A DNA stretch of 49,473 bases from Candidatus Krumholzibacteriota bacterium (GTDB lineage Bacteria; Krumholzibacteriota; Krumholzibacteriia; Krumholzibacteriales; Krumholzibacteriaceae): assembly GCA_016931295.1 (NCBI GenBank), contig JAFGEZ010000021.1, positions 1 to 49,473 of the forward strand. Reading direction: 5' to 3'. Made by a program: the position numbers and the translations under genes. Positions 19,316-28,500 of the stretch are shown here, piece after piece (the stretch's first letter is position 1; each line of letters begins with the position of its first letter). The notes beneath the pieces were generated by a model, which did no database searches, had not been told where the DNA came from, and was given only the letters and a program-made list of their open reading frames with translations.

Positions 19316-21391
19316 ATGAGAACCGCACCAGGAACAACCCGTCTTCTCCTGCTCGCCCTCTGCGGAACGGCCCTCCTCGCCGCGTCGGCGGCGGGCGGCG
19401 TCTTCACCGCCGGGGACGCCCTCTCCGTGCGCCGCGCGGGCGCGGCGGCGATCGCCCCGGACGGCCGCAGGATCGCCTTCACCGTCTCCGTGCCCCGCGA
19501 GGCGGGCGAGGAGCCGGGGGGCGCCTGGAGCGAGCTGTGGCTCGCCTCGACGGCCGACGGCGAGCTCCGCCCCTTCGTCACCGGGAAGGTCAACGCCCGG
19601 TCACCCCGCTTCAGCCCCGACGGGACGCGCATCGCCTTTCTCCTCGCCCGCGGCAAGGAGGCGAAGACCCAGGTCTGGACGATCCCCGTCGACGGCGGCG
19701 AGGCGAAGCAGGCGACCGATTCGCCGACGGGCGTCATCGACTTCCGCTGGCACCCCGGCGGCGACCTGATCGCCTGGATCGCGACCGAGCCGAAGCCGGC
19801 GCGCGAGAAGACGCTCGAGGAGAAGGGGTACGGGTTCATCTTCTTCGAGGAGAACCTCCAGCACCGCAACCTCTACATCGGCGCGGCCGGCGGCGGCGGC
19901 GAGGCGCGGCGACTCACCGACGGCGCGACGGTCTGGAGCTTCGAGTTCGCCCCCTCCGGCGAAACGATCGCGGCGGCGATCTCGCCGAAGAACCTCGTCG
20001 ACCACTCGTACATGTTCCGCACGATCCATGTCGTCGACGTCGAGACGGGCGCGATGCGCCGCCTCACCGACAATCCCGGCAAGCTGGGCAACTTCGCGTT
20101 CAGCCCCGACGGCCGCATGCTCGCCTACGCCGCGGCGATCGAGCGGAAGGACCACGCGGTCAGCCAGGCGTTCGTGATCGACGTCGCGGGGGGCGAGGCG
20201 CGCAATCTCACCGAACCGGGCTTCCGCGGCCACGTGACCCGCGTGGGCTGGCGCGACCGGTCGACGGTCTGCTTTCTCGCCGCCGAGGGCGCCTGGAACA
20301 CGCTGAACACCGTTCCGGCCGCCGGCGGCAGGCGATCGACGATCCTCGACGGGAAGGAGATCGGCCTCGTCTTCGCTGCGCCCGACGTCACCGCCGACTT
20401 CCGGCATTTCGCGTTCACCGCCTCCTCGCCGGGGATCCCGGGAGACCTCTGGCACTGGAAACGCGGGGCGAGGAAGCCGACGCGGCTCACCACGCTCAAC
20501 CCCTGGATCGACGAACGCGACCTGGGCCGCCAGGAGGTCGTGCGGTACGCCGCCCGCGACGGCCTCGAGATCGAGGGGATCCTCGTCTACCCCGTCGGAT
20601 ACGAGGAGGGCCGGCGCTACCCGCTCGTCGTGTCCGTCCACGGCGGCCCCGAATCGCACTACACGAACGGCTGGCTGACGGGCTACTTCAATCCCGCGCA
20701 GGTGCTCGCCGGCAGGGGCTACGTCGTCTTCTATCCCAACTACCGGGCGAGCACGGGGTACGGGCTCGAGTTCGCGCTCGCCGGCTACATGGACGCGGCG
20801 GGACGCGAGTTCGACGACATCGCCGACGGGATCGACTGGCTGGTCGGCGAGGGGATCGCCGACCGCGACCGCGTGGGGCTCGGCGGCGGATCGTACGGCG
20901 GGTACGCCGCGGCGTGGTTCGCCACCTACTACACGGACCGCGTCCGCGCCGTCTGCATGTTCGTCGGGATCAGCGATCTCGTCTCCAAGCGGAGCACGAC
21001 GGACATCCCCTGGGAGGAGCTCTACGTCCACTCGGGAAAGAAGCTCGAGGAGATGTGGACGTTCAGCCTCGAGCGCAGCCCGGTCTTCCACGCGCACAAG
21101 AGCCGGTCGGCCGTCCTCATCCTCGGGGGCGCGGCCGATCCGCGCGTGCATCCCTCGCAGAGCCTCGAGTTCTACCGGCGCCTCAAGATGAACGACCACC
21201 CCGCCGTCCGCCTCGTGCAGTACCCCGGCGAGGGCCACGGCAACCGGAAACAACCGGGGCGCATCGACGTATTGTACAGGCACCTGGACTGGTACGACTG
21301 GTACGTGAAGAACCTGCAGCCCCTCGACGGCCCGCTGCCGCCGCTCGACATCAGCGAGCGCTACGGGCTCGACCTCGAAGAAGCGGAATAA
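19316..21391 (+). CDS. S9 family serine peptidase (prolyl-oligopeptidase / acylaminoacyl-peptidase type) with an N-terminal beta-propeller and a signal peptide.
   Basis: The catalytic GGSYGG nucleophile elbow is present. The N-terminus has TolB-like propeller repeats (SPDGTRIAF). Signal peptide LLLLALCGTALLAASAAGG. Confidence 0.8.
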   Translation: MRTAPGTTRLLLLALCGTALLAASAAGGVFTAGDALSVRRAGAAAIAPDGRRIAFTVSVPREAGEEPGGAWSELWLASTADGELRPFVTGKVNARSPRFSPDGTRIAFLLARGKEAKTQVWTIPVDGGEAKQATDSPTGVIDFRWHPGGDLIAWIATEPKPAREKTLEEKGYGFIFFEENLQHRNLYIGAAGGGGEARRLTDGATVWSFEFAPSGETIAAAISPKNLVDHSYMFRTIHVVDVETGAMRRLTDNPGKLGNFAFSPDGRMLAYAAAIERKDHAVSQAFVIDVAGGEARNLTEPGFRGHVTRVGWRDRSTVCFLAAEGAWNTLNTVPAAGGRRSTILDGKEIGLVFAAPDVTADFRHFAFTASSPGIPGDLWHWKRGARKPTRLTTLNPWIDERDLGRQEVVRYAARDGLEIEGILVYPVGYEEGRRYPLVVSVHGGPESHYTNGWLTGYFNPAQVLAGRGYVVFYPNYRASTGYGLEFALAGYMDAAGREFDDIADGIDWLVGEGIADRDRVGLGGGSYGGYAAAWFATYYTDRVRAVCMFVGISDLVSKRSTTDIPWEELYVHSGKKLEEMWTFSLERSPVFHAHKSRSAVLILGGAADPRVHPSQSLEFYRRLKMNDHPAVRLVQYPGEGHGNRKQPGRIDVLYRHLDWYDWYVKNLQPLDGPLPPLDISERYGLDLEEAE

Positions 21392-21407
21392 CCGAGCAGA
21401 AAGCGAG

Positions 21408-22625
21408 GTGCGCGACATGGACAAGGAAAAGCGGAAGCTCTCGCGGCGCTCGTTCATCGGCGGTGGAATGGCAGCCGTCGTGGGCGCCGGTCTCAGTCTC
21501 CCCGTGACCGCCGGACGGCTCGCCGCGGAGGAGGGCGGCGACGACGCGCCGCGGATCAGGGACTTCCGGCCCCTCGGGAAGACGGGCTGGAAGGTCTCCG
21601 ATATCGCCTTCGGCAACGCGATGATGCAGGAACCCTCCCTCCTCGAATACGCGATGGACCGCGGGATCAACTACGTCGACACGGCCCGCCAGTACTACGA
21701 CATGGAGAAGGTCATCGGCCAGATCTTTCCCGCGAAGCGCGACAGGCTCTTCGTGACGACGAAGCTCGATCCGCCGCTGGTCACGGCGACCGTGTCGGTC
21801 GCCGATCTCATGACGGGGATCGAGGAGAGCCTCGAACGGCTCAACACCGACTACATCGACTGCTGCCTGATCCACTCGATCGGCGATCCGAACCTCGGCG
21901 ACGCTGCCCGCATCCGGAACGAGAACATCTACACCGCCTTCGAGAAGGCCCGCTCGCAGGGCAAGATCCGGTTCTGGGGGGCGAGCTCGCACGGCCCGAA
22001 GATGATCGAGGAGTTCACCTGGATGCTGGAGAACACCAACATCGACATGATCATGCCGGGGATGAACTTCATGACGAAGGGGCTCGAGCCGGTCCTCGCG
22101 AAGGCGAGGGAGAAGGGCGTGGCCGTCGTCGCGATGAAGTCCCTCTCGGCCGCCCGGATCATCGACTACTCGAAGTACCGGACCGAGGGCCGGACGGCGC
22201 GGCAGGCGCTGCTCAAGTGGCTGCTCGCGCAGCCGGGGATCGACACGATCTCCATCACGATGCGCTCGATCGAGCAGGTGAACGAATACGTCTCCGCCTC
22301 GGGCAACCCCGAGCTCTCGATGCGCGAACGGGAGGTGCTGCAGGGCTACTGCGGGCTTCTCTCGCGCGACTACTGCCGGCCGGGCTGCGACGGATGCCTC
22401 GGCGCCTGCCCGCACGACGTGCCGATCCATGACATCCTCCGCTATCGCATGTACTTCCATTCCTACAGCCGGGAGAAGTACGCGATGGGGCTCTACGCGA
22501 AGCTCCCCGCGGAACGGACCGCCGTGCGCTGCGCCGGATGCGCGGCGCCCTGCGAGAGCGCCTGCACGCACCAAATCGCCGTCCGAGCGAAACTCATCGA
22601 GGCCCACCGGGAGCTGTCGGCCTGA
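21408..22625 (+). CDS. Tat-exported aldo/keto reductase fused to a C-terminal 2x[4Fe-4S]-like Cys-rich domain.
   Basis: The Tat motif is SRRSFIGGG. AKR core motifs are INYVDTARQY and GASSHG. The C-terminus has CRPGCDGCLGACPHD and CAGCAAPCESACTH. Confidence 0.75.
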   Translation: MRDMDKEKRKLSRRSFIGGGMAAVVGAGLSLPVTAGRLAAEEGGDDAPRIRDFRPLGKTGWKVSDIAFGNAMMQEPSLLEYAMDRGINYVDTARQYYDMEKVIGQIFPAKRDRLFVTTKLDPPLVTATVSVADLMTGIEESLERLNTDYIDCCLIHSIGDPNLGDAARIRNENIYTAFEKARSQGKIRFWGASSHGPKMIEEFTWMLENTNIDMIMPGMNFMTKGLEPVLAKAREKGVAVVAMKSLSAARIIDYSKYRTEGRTARQALLKWLLAQPGIDTISITMRSIEQVNEYVSASGNPELSMREREVLQGYCGLLSRDYCRPGCDGCLGACPHDVPIHDILRYRMYFHSYSREKYAMGLYAKLPAERTAVRCAGCAAPCESACTHQIAVRAKLIEAHRELSA

Positions 22626-22642
22626 AACGAGGGAGGACGATC

Positions 22643-23431
22643 GTGAGAACAAGACGCAGATACGCGATACCCGCGCTCCTCGCCCTCGCCGCCGTGCTTG
22701 TCTTCGCGGCCGCGTGCGAGCGCGAGGAGACCGACCCGGCGAAACGGGTCGTGATGCGCGCGGTGAAGAAGATGGGCGGGCTCGACCGGCTCCGCGGCTG
22801 GACGACGAGGATCGAGCGCGGACACCTGACCCAGGAACGCCCCGGGTGGGGAACGCTGAACGCGCAGGTGACCTCGCACGTCGCCAAGCCGGACCGGGTC
22901 AGGCTCGACCAGGATTTCAGCGCGTTCGACCACCCCTTCTACTACGTCTACTACCTGAACGGCGACGACGCGTGGATGGTCGTCAACATGCAGGAACGCC
23001 GGCACCCCCGCGTCGCGGAGAACCTCGAGGGGTACCTGGAGAGGGTCGACGGCCTCGCCTGGTACGCCGGCGAGGCGGATACCTTCTTCCTCGTCGCCGA
23101 CGTCGCCGACGACTCGCTGCTGGCGGCCGCGTCGATCGAACGCATCGGCTGCGTCCACGAGGGCGACACCGTCTTCTTCGATTTCGACCGGGAGAGCGGG
23201 ATGCTCCGGCGCCTCGTCGAGGACGGCGGGGCCAGCGTCTCCCTCTACGACGACTATCGCCCGGTCGGCAGGATGAAGCTCGCCTTCCACGTCCTCCATT
23301 ACGCCGGCGGCGTGCTCGAGTCGGAGTACCGGTGGGATTCGATGGAGTACGACACGCCGATCGAGGACGCCGTCTTCGAGGAGAACCGCCCGGCGCCGGA
23401 ACCGGAGCCCGAGGCGGAGTCGGGGACATAG
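22643..23431 (+). CDS. Hypothetical lipoprotein.
   Basis: A GTG start follows the RBS GGGAGG. The signal peptide and lipobox read ALLALAAVLVFAAAC. I recognised no family. Confidence 0.5.
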   Translation: MRTRRRYAIPALLALAAVLVFAAACEREETDPAKRVVMRAVKKMGGLDRLRGWTTRIERGHLTQERPGWGTLNAQVTSHVAKPDRVRLDQDFSAFDHPFYYVYYLNGDDAWMVVNMQERRHPRVAENLEGYLERVDGLAWYAGEADTFFLVADVADDSLLAAASIERIGCVHEGDTVFFDFDRESGMLRRLVEDGGASVSLYDDYRPVGRMKLAFHVLHYAGGVLESEYRWDSMEYDTPIEDAVFEENRPAPEPEPEAESGT

Positions 23432-23455
23432 GCTCGAGCAGAACGACGATCCGTC

Positions 23456-23490
23456 AATCGGCGGGGCGCGAATCGAGCGCCTCGCCGATT
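23456..23490 (+). terminator. GC-rich hairpin between convergent genes, followed by CUCUUUC; a likely intrinsic terminator.
   Basis: AATCGGCGGGGCGC (23456-69) pairs with GCGCCTCGCCGATT (23477-90) in a 14-bp stem with one G.U pair and a 7-nt loop. It lies 25 nt after the lipoprotein stop. Confidence 0.4.
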
Positions 23491-23555
23491 CTCTTTCAGA
23501 GCCCCCCCGGGCGATCGCCGGGAGAACGTGACGGGTTCCGGGGCGGGATGCGGGG

Positions 23556-24683
23556 CTATTCCCCGATCGTGGAGAGGACGTCGATCGTCTGGAGGACGTC
23601 GCGGCGGGTAACGATCCCGATGACGGCGCCGCGGTCGTCGACGACGGGAAGCCGGTCGCTCCCCCGGCGCATGACGAGCCCGACGAGGCGCTCGGCCGGA
23701 TCGAGCCGGTGGACGGCGCTCGGGGCGACGCTCCGGTTCATGATCTCCGCCGCCGTCGTTCCCGGCCACGATTCGCGCGGCACGCCCTTGAGATCGCCGA
23801 GGGTGACGATGCCGACGAGCAGGCCGTCCCGGACGACGGGGAAGGAGGAGGCGTGGTGCCGGAGAAAGAAGTCGTCGACCAGCGTCGCGAGATCCGTCGA
23901 GACGTCGACGGTGACATGGTCGTCCCGCATGAAGTCCGCCACCCGGAGACCCTGCAGCGACTCCTTGAACGCGACCATCACGTAGCCGCTCCGCGCGGCC
24001 TGGCGGAGAAAGAAGCCGATGAAGATGAGCCACATCCCGCCGATCAGCGAGCCGTACCAGGCGAAGGTGAACAAACCGAGCCCCATCAGCAGCAGGGCGA
24101 AGAACCCGCCGATCCGGGAGGCGATCCGCGTCGCGCGTTTCAGGTCGCCCGTCCTCCACCAGATGACCGAGCGGAGTATCCGGCCGCCGTCGAGCGGAAA
24201 CCCCGGCACGAGGTTGAAGACGAGCACGCCGAGGTTGACGTCCGCGAGCGACCGCGCGAGCACGGAGACGGCCGGCACGGCGTCCGCGACGAGCGAGATC
24301 CCGTAGAAGACGATCGCGAGCAGCAGGGTCATGAGCGGGCCGGCGGCGGCCATGCGCATCTCGAGGACCGGGTCGTCGACCTCGCGCTCCATCTGCGCCA
24401 CCCCGCCGAACATGAAGAGGGTGATGCGCCTGATCGGCAGCCCGGCGCGCACCGCGACGATGGAGTGGCTGAACTCGTGCAGGAGGATCGAGGTGAAGAG
24501 GAGGATCGCCGTGAAGAAACCCATCAGCCACCGGCCGGAAGGCGAGAAGAGGCCGGGGTAGTTCTCCGGGTAGTAGCCGTTGGCGAAGGTCCAGGTGATG
24601 AGACCGAGGATGAGGACCCAGCTGATGTTCAGTTCGACCGGGATCCCCCGTAGCGAGAAGAGCGTGACGTTTCTTCGCAGCAC
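23556..24683 (-). CDS. M50 (site-2 protease) family zinc metalloprotease with a C-terminal CBS-domain pair.
   Basis: HEFSHS is the HExxH motif. FNLVPGFPLDGGRIL is the second zinc/LDG motif. Tandem CBS-like repeats follow (VADFM...VVRDGLLVGIVT, VAPS...VVDDRGAVIGIVT). A GTG start at 24683 follows GGGGGAGG. Confidence 0.75.
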   Translation of the reverse strand: MLRRNVTLFSLRGIPVELNISWVLILGLITWTFANGYYPENYPGLFSPSGRWLMGFFTAILLFTSILLHEFSHSIVAVRAGLPIRRITLFMFGGVAQMEREVDDPVLEMRMAAAGPLMTLLLAIVFYGISLVADAVPAVSVLARSLADVNLGVLVFNLVPGFPLDGGRILRSVIWWRTGDLKRATRIASRIGGFFALLLMGLGLFTFAWYGSLIGGMWLIFIGFFLRQAARSGYVMVAFKESLQGLRVADFMRDDHVTVDVSTDLATLVDDFFLRHHASSFPVVRDGLLVGIVTLGDLKGVPRESWPGTTAAEIMNRSVAPSAVHRLDPAERLVGLVMRRGSDRLPVVDDRGAVIGIVTRRDVLQTIDVLSTIGE

Positions 24684-24714
24684 CGGTCTTCCTCCCCCGC
24701 CCGGAAGGGACGGA

Positions 24715-25074
24715 TCACACCGCTCCGGATCCGGCGTACCGCACGAACCGGTTGCCTTCGTCGACGTCGATGAACAGGGGATCGACCTCTCCCGACGACC
24801 AGGTGAAGGCCATGATATCGACGCGGTCGCCCTCGGTGACGAGATGCGCCGCTGCGCCGTTGATACAGACGACACCGCTCCCGCGCTCGCCCCGTATGAC
24901 GTAGGTCTGCAGGCGGTTGCCGTTCGTGCGGTCGACGACGAGGACGTTCTCGTGCTCGCTGAGATCCGCCTTCTCGATGAGATCCTCGTCGATCGTGATC
25001 GAGCCGACGTACCGCAGGTCGGCCTGCGTCACGGTGGCCCGGAGGATCATCGATTTCAGCATCATCCGTTTCAT
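24715..25074 (-). CDS. panD: Aspartate 1-decarboxylase (PanD) homolog, divergent at K9 and H11.
   Basis: The 119-aa product reads [24 protein letters not shown]|SITIDED...[27 protein letters not shown]. It keeps the Gly-Ser self-cleavage site, R54, T57 and Y58. The position normally occupied by KSKIH reads KSMIL. Confidence 0.8.
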   Translation of the reverse strand: MKRMMLKSMILRATVTQADLRYVGSITIDEDLIEKADLSEHENVLVVDRTNGNRLQTYVIRGERGSGVVCINGAAAHLVTEGDRVDIMAFTWSSGEVDPLFIDVDEGNRFVRYAGSGAV

Positions 25075-25159
25075 CGACTTCGCTCCCCGCGGCGGAGCCC
25101 CTCCGCCGCACACGGCAAATATAGTACAATTGGCCGTCCGTGGAAAGGGATCGGGCGCC

Positions 25160-26881
25160 CTAGAGCTTCATGCCGGGTTTCTCGGTGAGATGCCTGACGA
25201 AGCGGTTCTTTTCGTCGACGAGGATGTTGCTGAATGAATGGTCGCTCCCGTCGGACCACGCGAAGGCCATGATCCCGATCTCGTCCCCCGCGCGCACGTG
25301 CCTCGACACGGCTCCCCCCGCGGCGATCACGCCGCTCCCGGGCTTTCCGCGGACGGCGAAGGTCTCGATCCGCGAGCCGTTCGTCGCGTCGACGATCAGC
25401 ACCTTTTCCATCGGGGCGATGTCGCCGTAATCCATGAGCTCGCCGTCGATGACGAGGCAGTCGATCTCCTCCGGCCGCTCCTCGGTCACCCACGCCTTGT
25501 GGATTTTCGATTTGACCACGAGGCGCTCCTCGATCCTCGAGACGATGAACTTCGACTTGCCCGCCGGCGTGCGGGGGATGTCGTCGACGATCGAGAAGTT
25601 GACGCGGAAATCCGCGCCGATCTCCTTCCGGATCCTGTCCCGCAGCATCTCCTTGTGTTCGTCGCGCCAGCCGGGCCCGGGGACGATCCGGAAGGTGATC
25701 CCCGCGCGGTCGCGCTGGTCGATCTGGAAGCGGTCGATCCCCGGCACGTATCGCGACAGCCAGGACCAGAAGAAGCCGCCGATCGACCTGCCGTCGGCGG
25801 TGACGACGGTGTCGTAGGTGCGCCCCTCGATCCGCTCCAGGAGAGGCAGCCCGCGTCCGCAGGGGCAGCTCCGCTCGGTGGGGACGGCGAGATCCCCCGT
25901 CCGGTAGCGGATGAAGGGCATGTAGTAGTCCAGCAGGTCGGTGACGACGATCTCTCCCACCTCCCCGCTCTGCGCCGGCCGTCCGCTCTCGTGGATGATC
26001 TCGACGTGGAAGAGATCGCTGAAGACGTGCAGCCCCTTGTGCTCCTCGCACTCCTGGGCGACGTTCGAGAATTCCCTGATCCCGTAGCGGTCGAAGACGG
26101 GAGCGCGGCACACGTCCTCGATGGCCGCCTTCTGCTCGGGGTAGAGGCGCTCGCCGCTCGTCACGACGGCGCGGGGGGCCGGAACGTGCAGGAGGCCCCG
26201 CTTGCAGAAGTCGGCGAAGAGGGCGAGGGCCGACGGATACCCGACGACGAGATGCGGCCGGAACCGGCGCAGGAGCCGGGCGTAGCGGCGCATCGAGTCG
26301 GGCGACATGTCGAGGCTCGAGAGGAAGAGGACGTTGTTGAACCAGTTCCTCATGCCCTCGGCGAACCGCTCGCGGGAGGAGACGTCGAGGCGCCGTCCCC
26401 AGAGGACCGCGTGGCGGTCGCCGATGTCGACGCCCGCCCACCGGTAGCCGCGCAGGGTGTTCGCACGGCGCACGGGGCCGGCGGCGCGGTCTCGCCAGAA
26501 GAACATCGGCTCGCCCGTCGAACCGCCCGTGCTCGAGGGATAGCCCCGCCGGTACGGATCCTCGGTGACGAGGCGGCGTTTCTCGCGGCGGACGATCTCC
26601 CTGTCGAGGAAGGGCAGTCGGGCGAAGTCGCCGAGGGACTGGATGCCTCCCGGCGCGATCCCGTTCTCGCGGAAAAGGTCGCGGTAGTAGGGAACGTGGA
26701 TCGATGCCTTCTCGAGGAGCGCGGCGAGCTTCCGCCAGCGGATCTCGTCGAGCTCCTCGCGCGGCAGCCACTGCGAACGCTCCAGCTCGCGCAGCCGGTC
26801 GAGGACGCGGTCGCCGCGGATGCCGCGGTAGAGCGGATAGACGACGTTCCTCACGAATGACGGATGAAGATGCGGCAGCAT
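25160..26881 (-). CDS. PaaK-type (phenylacetate-CoA ligase / F390-synthetase family) adenylate-forming enzyme fused to a C-terminal PanD-like domain.
   Basis: The N-terminal ~450 aa carry the ANL P-loop [10 protein letters not shown] and a PaaK-like core. The C-terminal 117 aa (nt 25163-25513) align to PanD: [10 protein letters not shown]...[27 protein letters not shown]...[11 protein letters not shown]. The Gly-Ser site is replaced by Asp-Cys and Y58 by Phe. The RBS is GGGGGAG. Confidence 0.75.
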   Translation of the reverse strand: MLPHLHPSFVRNVVYPLYRGIRGDRVLDRLRELERSQWLPREELDEIRWRKLAALLEKASIHVPYYRDLFRENGIAPGGIQSLGDFARLPFLDREIVRREKRRLVTEDPYRRGYPSSTGGSTGEPMFFWRDRAAGPVRRANTLRGYRWAGVDIGDRHAVLWGRRLDVSSRERFAEGMRNWFNNVLFLSSLDMSPDSMRRYARLLRRFRPHLVVGYPSALALFADFCKRGLLHVPAPRAVVTSGERLYPEQKAAIEDVCRAPVFDRYGIREFSNVAQECEEHKGLHVFSDLFHVEIIHESGRPAQSGEVGEIVVTDLLDYYMPFIRYRTGDLAVPTERSCPCGRGLPLLERIEGRTYDTVVTADGRSIGGFFWSWLSRYVPGIDRFQIDQRDRAGITFRIVPGPGWRDEHKEMLRDRIRKEIGADFRVNFSIVDDIPRTPAGKSKFIVSRIEERLVVKSKIHKAWVTEERPEEIDCLVIDGELMDYGDIAPMEKVLIVDATNGSRIETFAVRGKPGSGVIAAGGAVSRHVRAGDEIGIMAFAWSDGSDHSFSNILVDEKNRFVRHLTEKPGMKL

Positions 26882-27147
26882 GCCGTTTCGCTCCCCCCTG
26901 CGCCGGTGCGGCCGGCGATCGCAACGGTCGGCGAGCGCCCGCCGGAGCGCTCCGGAAGCAGTATTCTACTGCATGGGCGCGCGTCTTCCAATTCGAATCT
27001 TTCCGTTTCCTGGACCGGCCGCCCGGCGGAAGACGCGGCGCGCCGTCTTCATCGGGGTTTGCATGCCGGGGGCGGACGGGGTATCATCGCCGCGACGGCC
27101 GGCTGCGGCGCCGTCCCGCCGGGCGGCGTCCAGGACGAAAGGAACGG

Positions 27148-28440
27148 ATGAGCGGCACGATCGACACGAGCGAGGCGCATGCCCGCGAACTCGACGCGGC
27201 GGACCCCCTGGCCCGGTTCCGCGAACGCTTCGAGATCCCGCCGGGGACGATCTACATGGACGGCAACTCTCTCGGCCTCCTCTGCCGCGAGGCGGCTGCG
27301 GGGATCGAGGGGGCCCTCGACGACTGGCGGCAACTCGCGATCCGCGGCTGGCTCGACGGCGATCCGCCGTGGTTCACGTGGGGCGAGCGACTCGGAGCGG
27401 CGGCGGCCCCCCTCGTCGGCGCGGCCCCCGACGAAGTCGTCGCGACCGGAACGACGACACTCGACATCCACGCCCTCGTCTCATCCTTCTACCGGCCCGA
27501 GACGGGACGGACGCGCATCGTCGCCCTCGAACCGGACTTTCCCACCGACATCTACGCCCTGCGCGGCCAGATCGCCCTCCGCGGACTCGATCCCGACGAA
27601 CACCTCGTCCTCGTCTCCGCGGCGGCGGACGGCATCGTCGACGAGGACCTCATCGCGGCGGCCATCGACGAACAAACCTCGCTCCTCTGGGTTTCCGCCG
27701 TCCTCTACCGGAGCGGCCAGCTCCTCGACCTCCCGCGGCTCGCGCGGGAGGCGAGGGCGCGGGGCGCCCTCGCCGGCTTCGACTGCAGCCACGCCGTCGG
27801 CGCCGTCCCGCATCGCTTCGACGAGTGGGAGGTGGACATGGCCGTCTGGTGCAGCTACAAGTACCTGAACGGCGGACCGGGATCGCCGGCCTTCCTCTAC
27901 CTCAACCGCCGCCACGCCGATCGCGGCCCCGGTCTGCCGGGGTGGTTCGGCTGCGTGAAGGAGCGGCAGTTCGACCTCTCGCCCCGCTTCGAACACGAAC
28001 GGGCCGCCGGCGGGTGGCAGATCTCGTCCCCCTCCGCCCTCGGCATGGGCGCGGTCGAGGGATCGCTCGGCGTGATCCGCGAGGCGGGGATCGAGGCGAT
28101 CCGCAGGAAATCGCTGCGTCTCACCGGCTATCTCGTCGAGCTCGCCGACACCCTCCTCGCCCCGGAGCCATGCCGGTTCAGGGTGGTCACGCCCCGCGAG
28201 GCCTCGCGCCGCGGCGGGCATATCGCCCTCGCGCGCGACGAGGAGGCGCTCCGGATCAAGGAGGCGCTCGTCGGACGCGGGATCGTCACCGATTTCCGGC
28301 CGCCGGACATCATCCGGATCGCGCCGATCGCCCTCTACAACACATTCGAAGAGGTCCGGCGCGTCGTCCTCGCGCTGCGCGAGATCGTCGAGACGCGCGA
28401 ATACGAACGCGTTCCCGCCGGCCGCCAGGCGATCACCTGA
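27148..28440 (+). CDS. kynU: Kynureninase (PLP-dependent).
   Basis: 430 aa with TIYMDGNSLG near the N-terminus and FDCSHAV...WCSYKYLNGGPG (PLP-lysine region), typical of kynureninase. Confidence 0.8.
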   Translation: MSGTIDTSEAHARELDAADPLARFRERFEIPPGTIYMDGNSLGLLCREAAAGIEGALDDWRQLAIRGWLDGDPPWFTWGERLGAAAAPLVGAAPDEVVATGTTTLDIHALVSSFYRPETGRTRIVALEPDFPTDIYALRGQIALRGLDPDEHLVLVSAAADGIVDEDLIAAAIDEQTSLLWVSAVLYRSGQLLDLPRLAREARARGALAGFDCSHAVGAVPHRFDEWEVDMAVWCSYKYLNGGPGSPAFLYLNRRHADRGPGLPGWFGCVKERQFDLSPRFEHERAAGGWQISSPSALGMGAVEGSLGVIREAGIEAIRRKSLRLTGYLVELADTLLAPEPCRFRVVTPREASRRGGHIALARDEEALRIKEALVGRGIVTDFRPPDIIRIAPIALYNTFEEVRRVVLALREIVETREYERVPAGRQAIT

Positions 28441-28500
28441 GCGGGGCGGCGAGACCGGCGGACCGTGCAGCTGCCGCTCGTCCGGCGTTCCTTCAGCCGC

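Noticed and set aside
26942-26955. 14-bp perfect palindrome CCGGAGCGCTCCGG as a definite operator.
   Set aside because: GC-rich palindromes of this length arise by chance in ~70% GC DNA. It is mentioned only as a low-interest candidate within the intergenic finding.
27040-27062. TTGCA at ~27058 upstream of kynureninase as a possible third sigma-54 promoter.
   Set aside because: There is no GG dinucleotide at the required -24 position (N10 spacing), so it does not fit the -24/-12 consensus.
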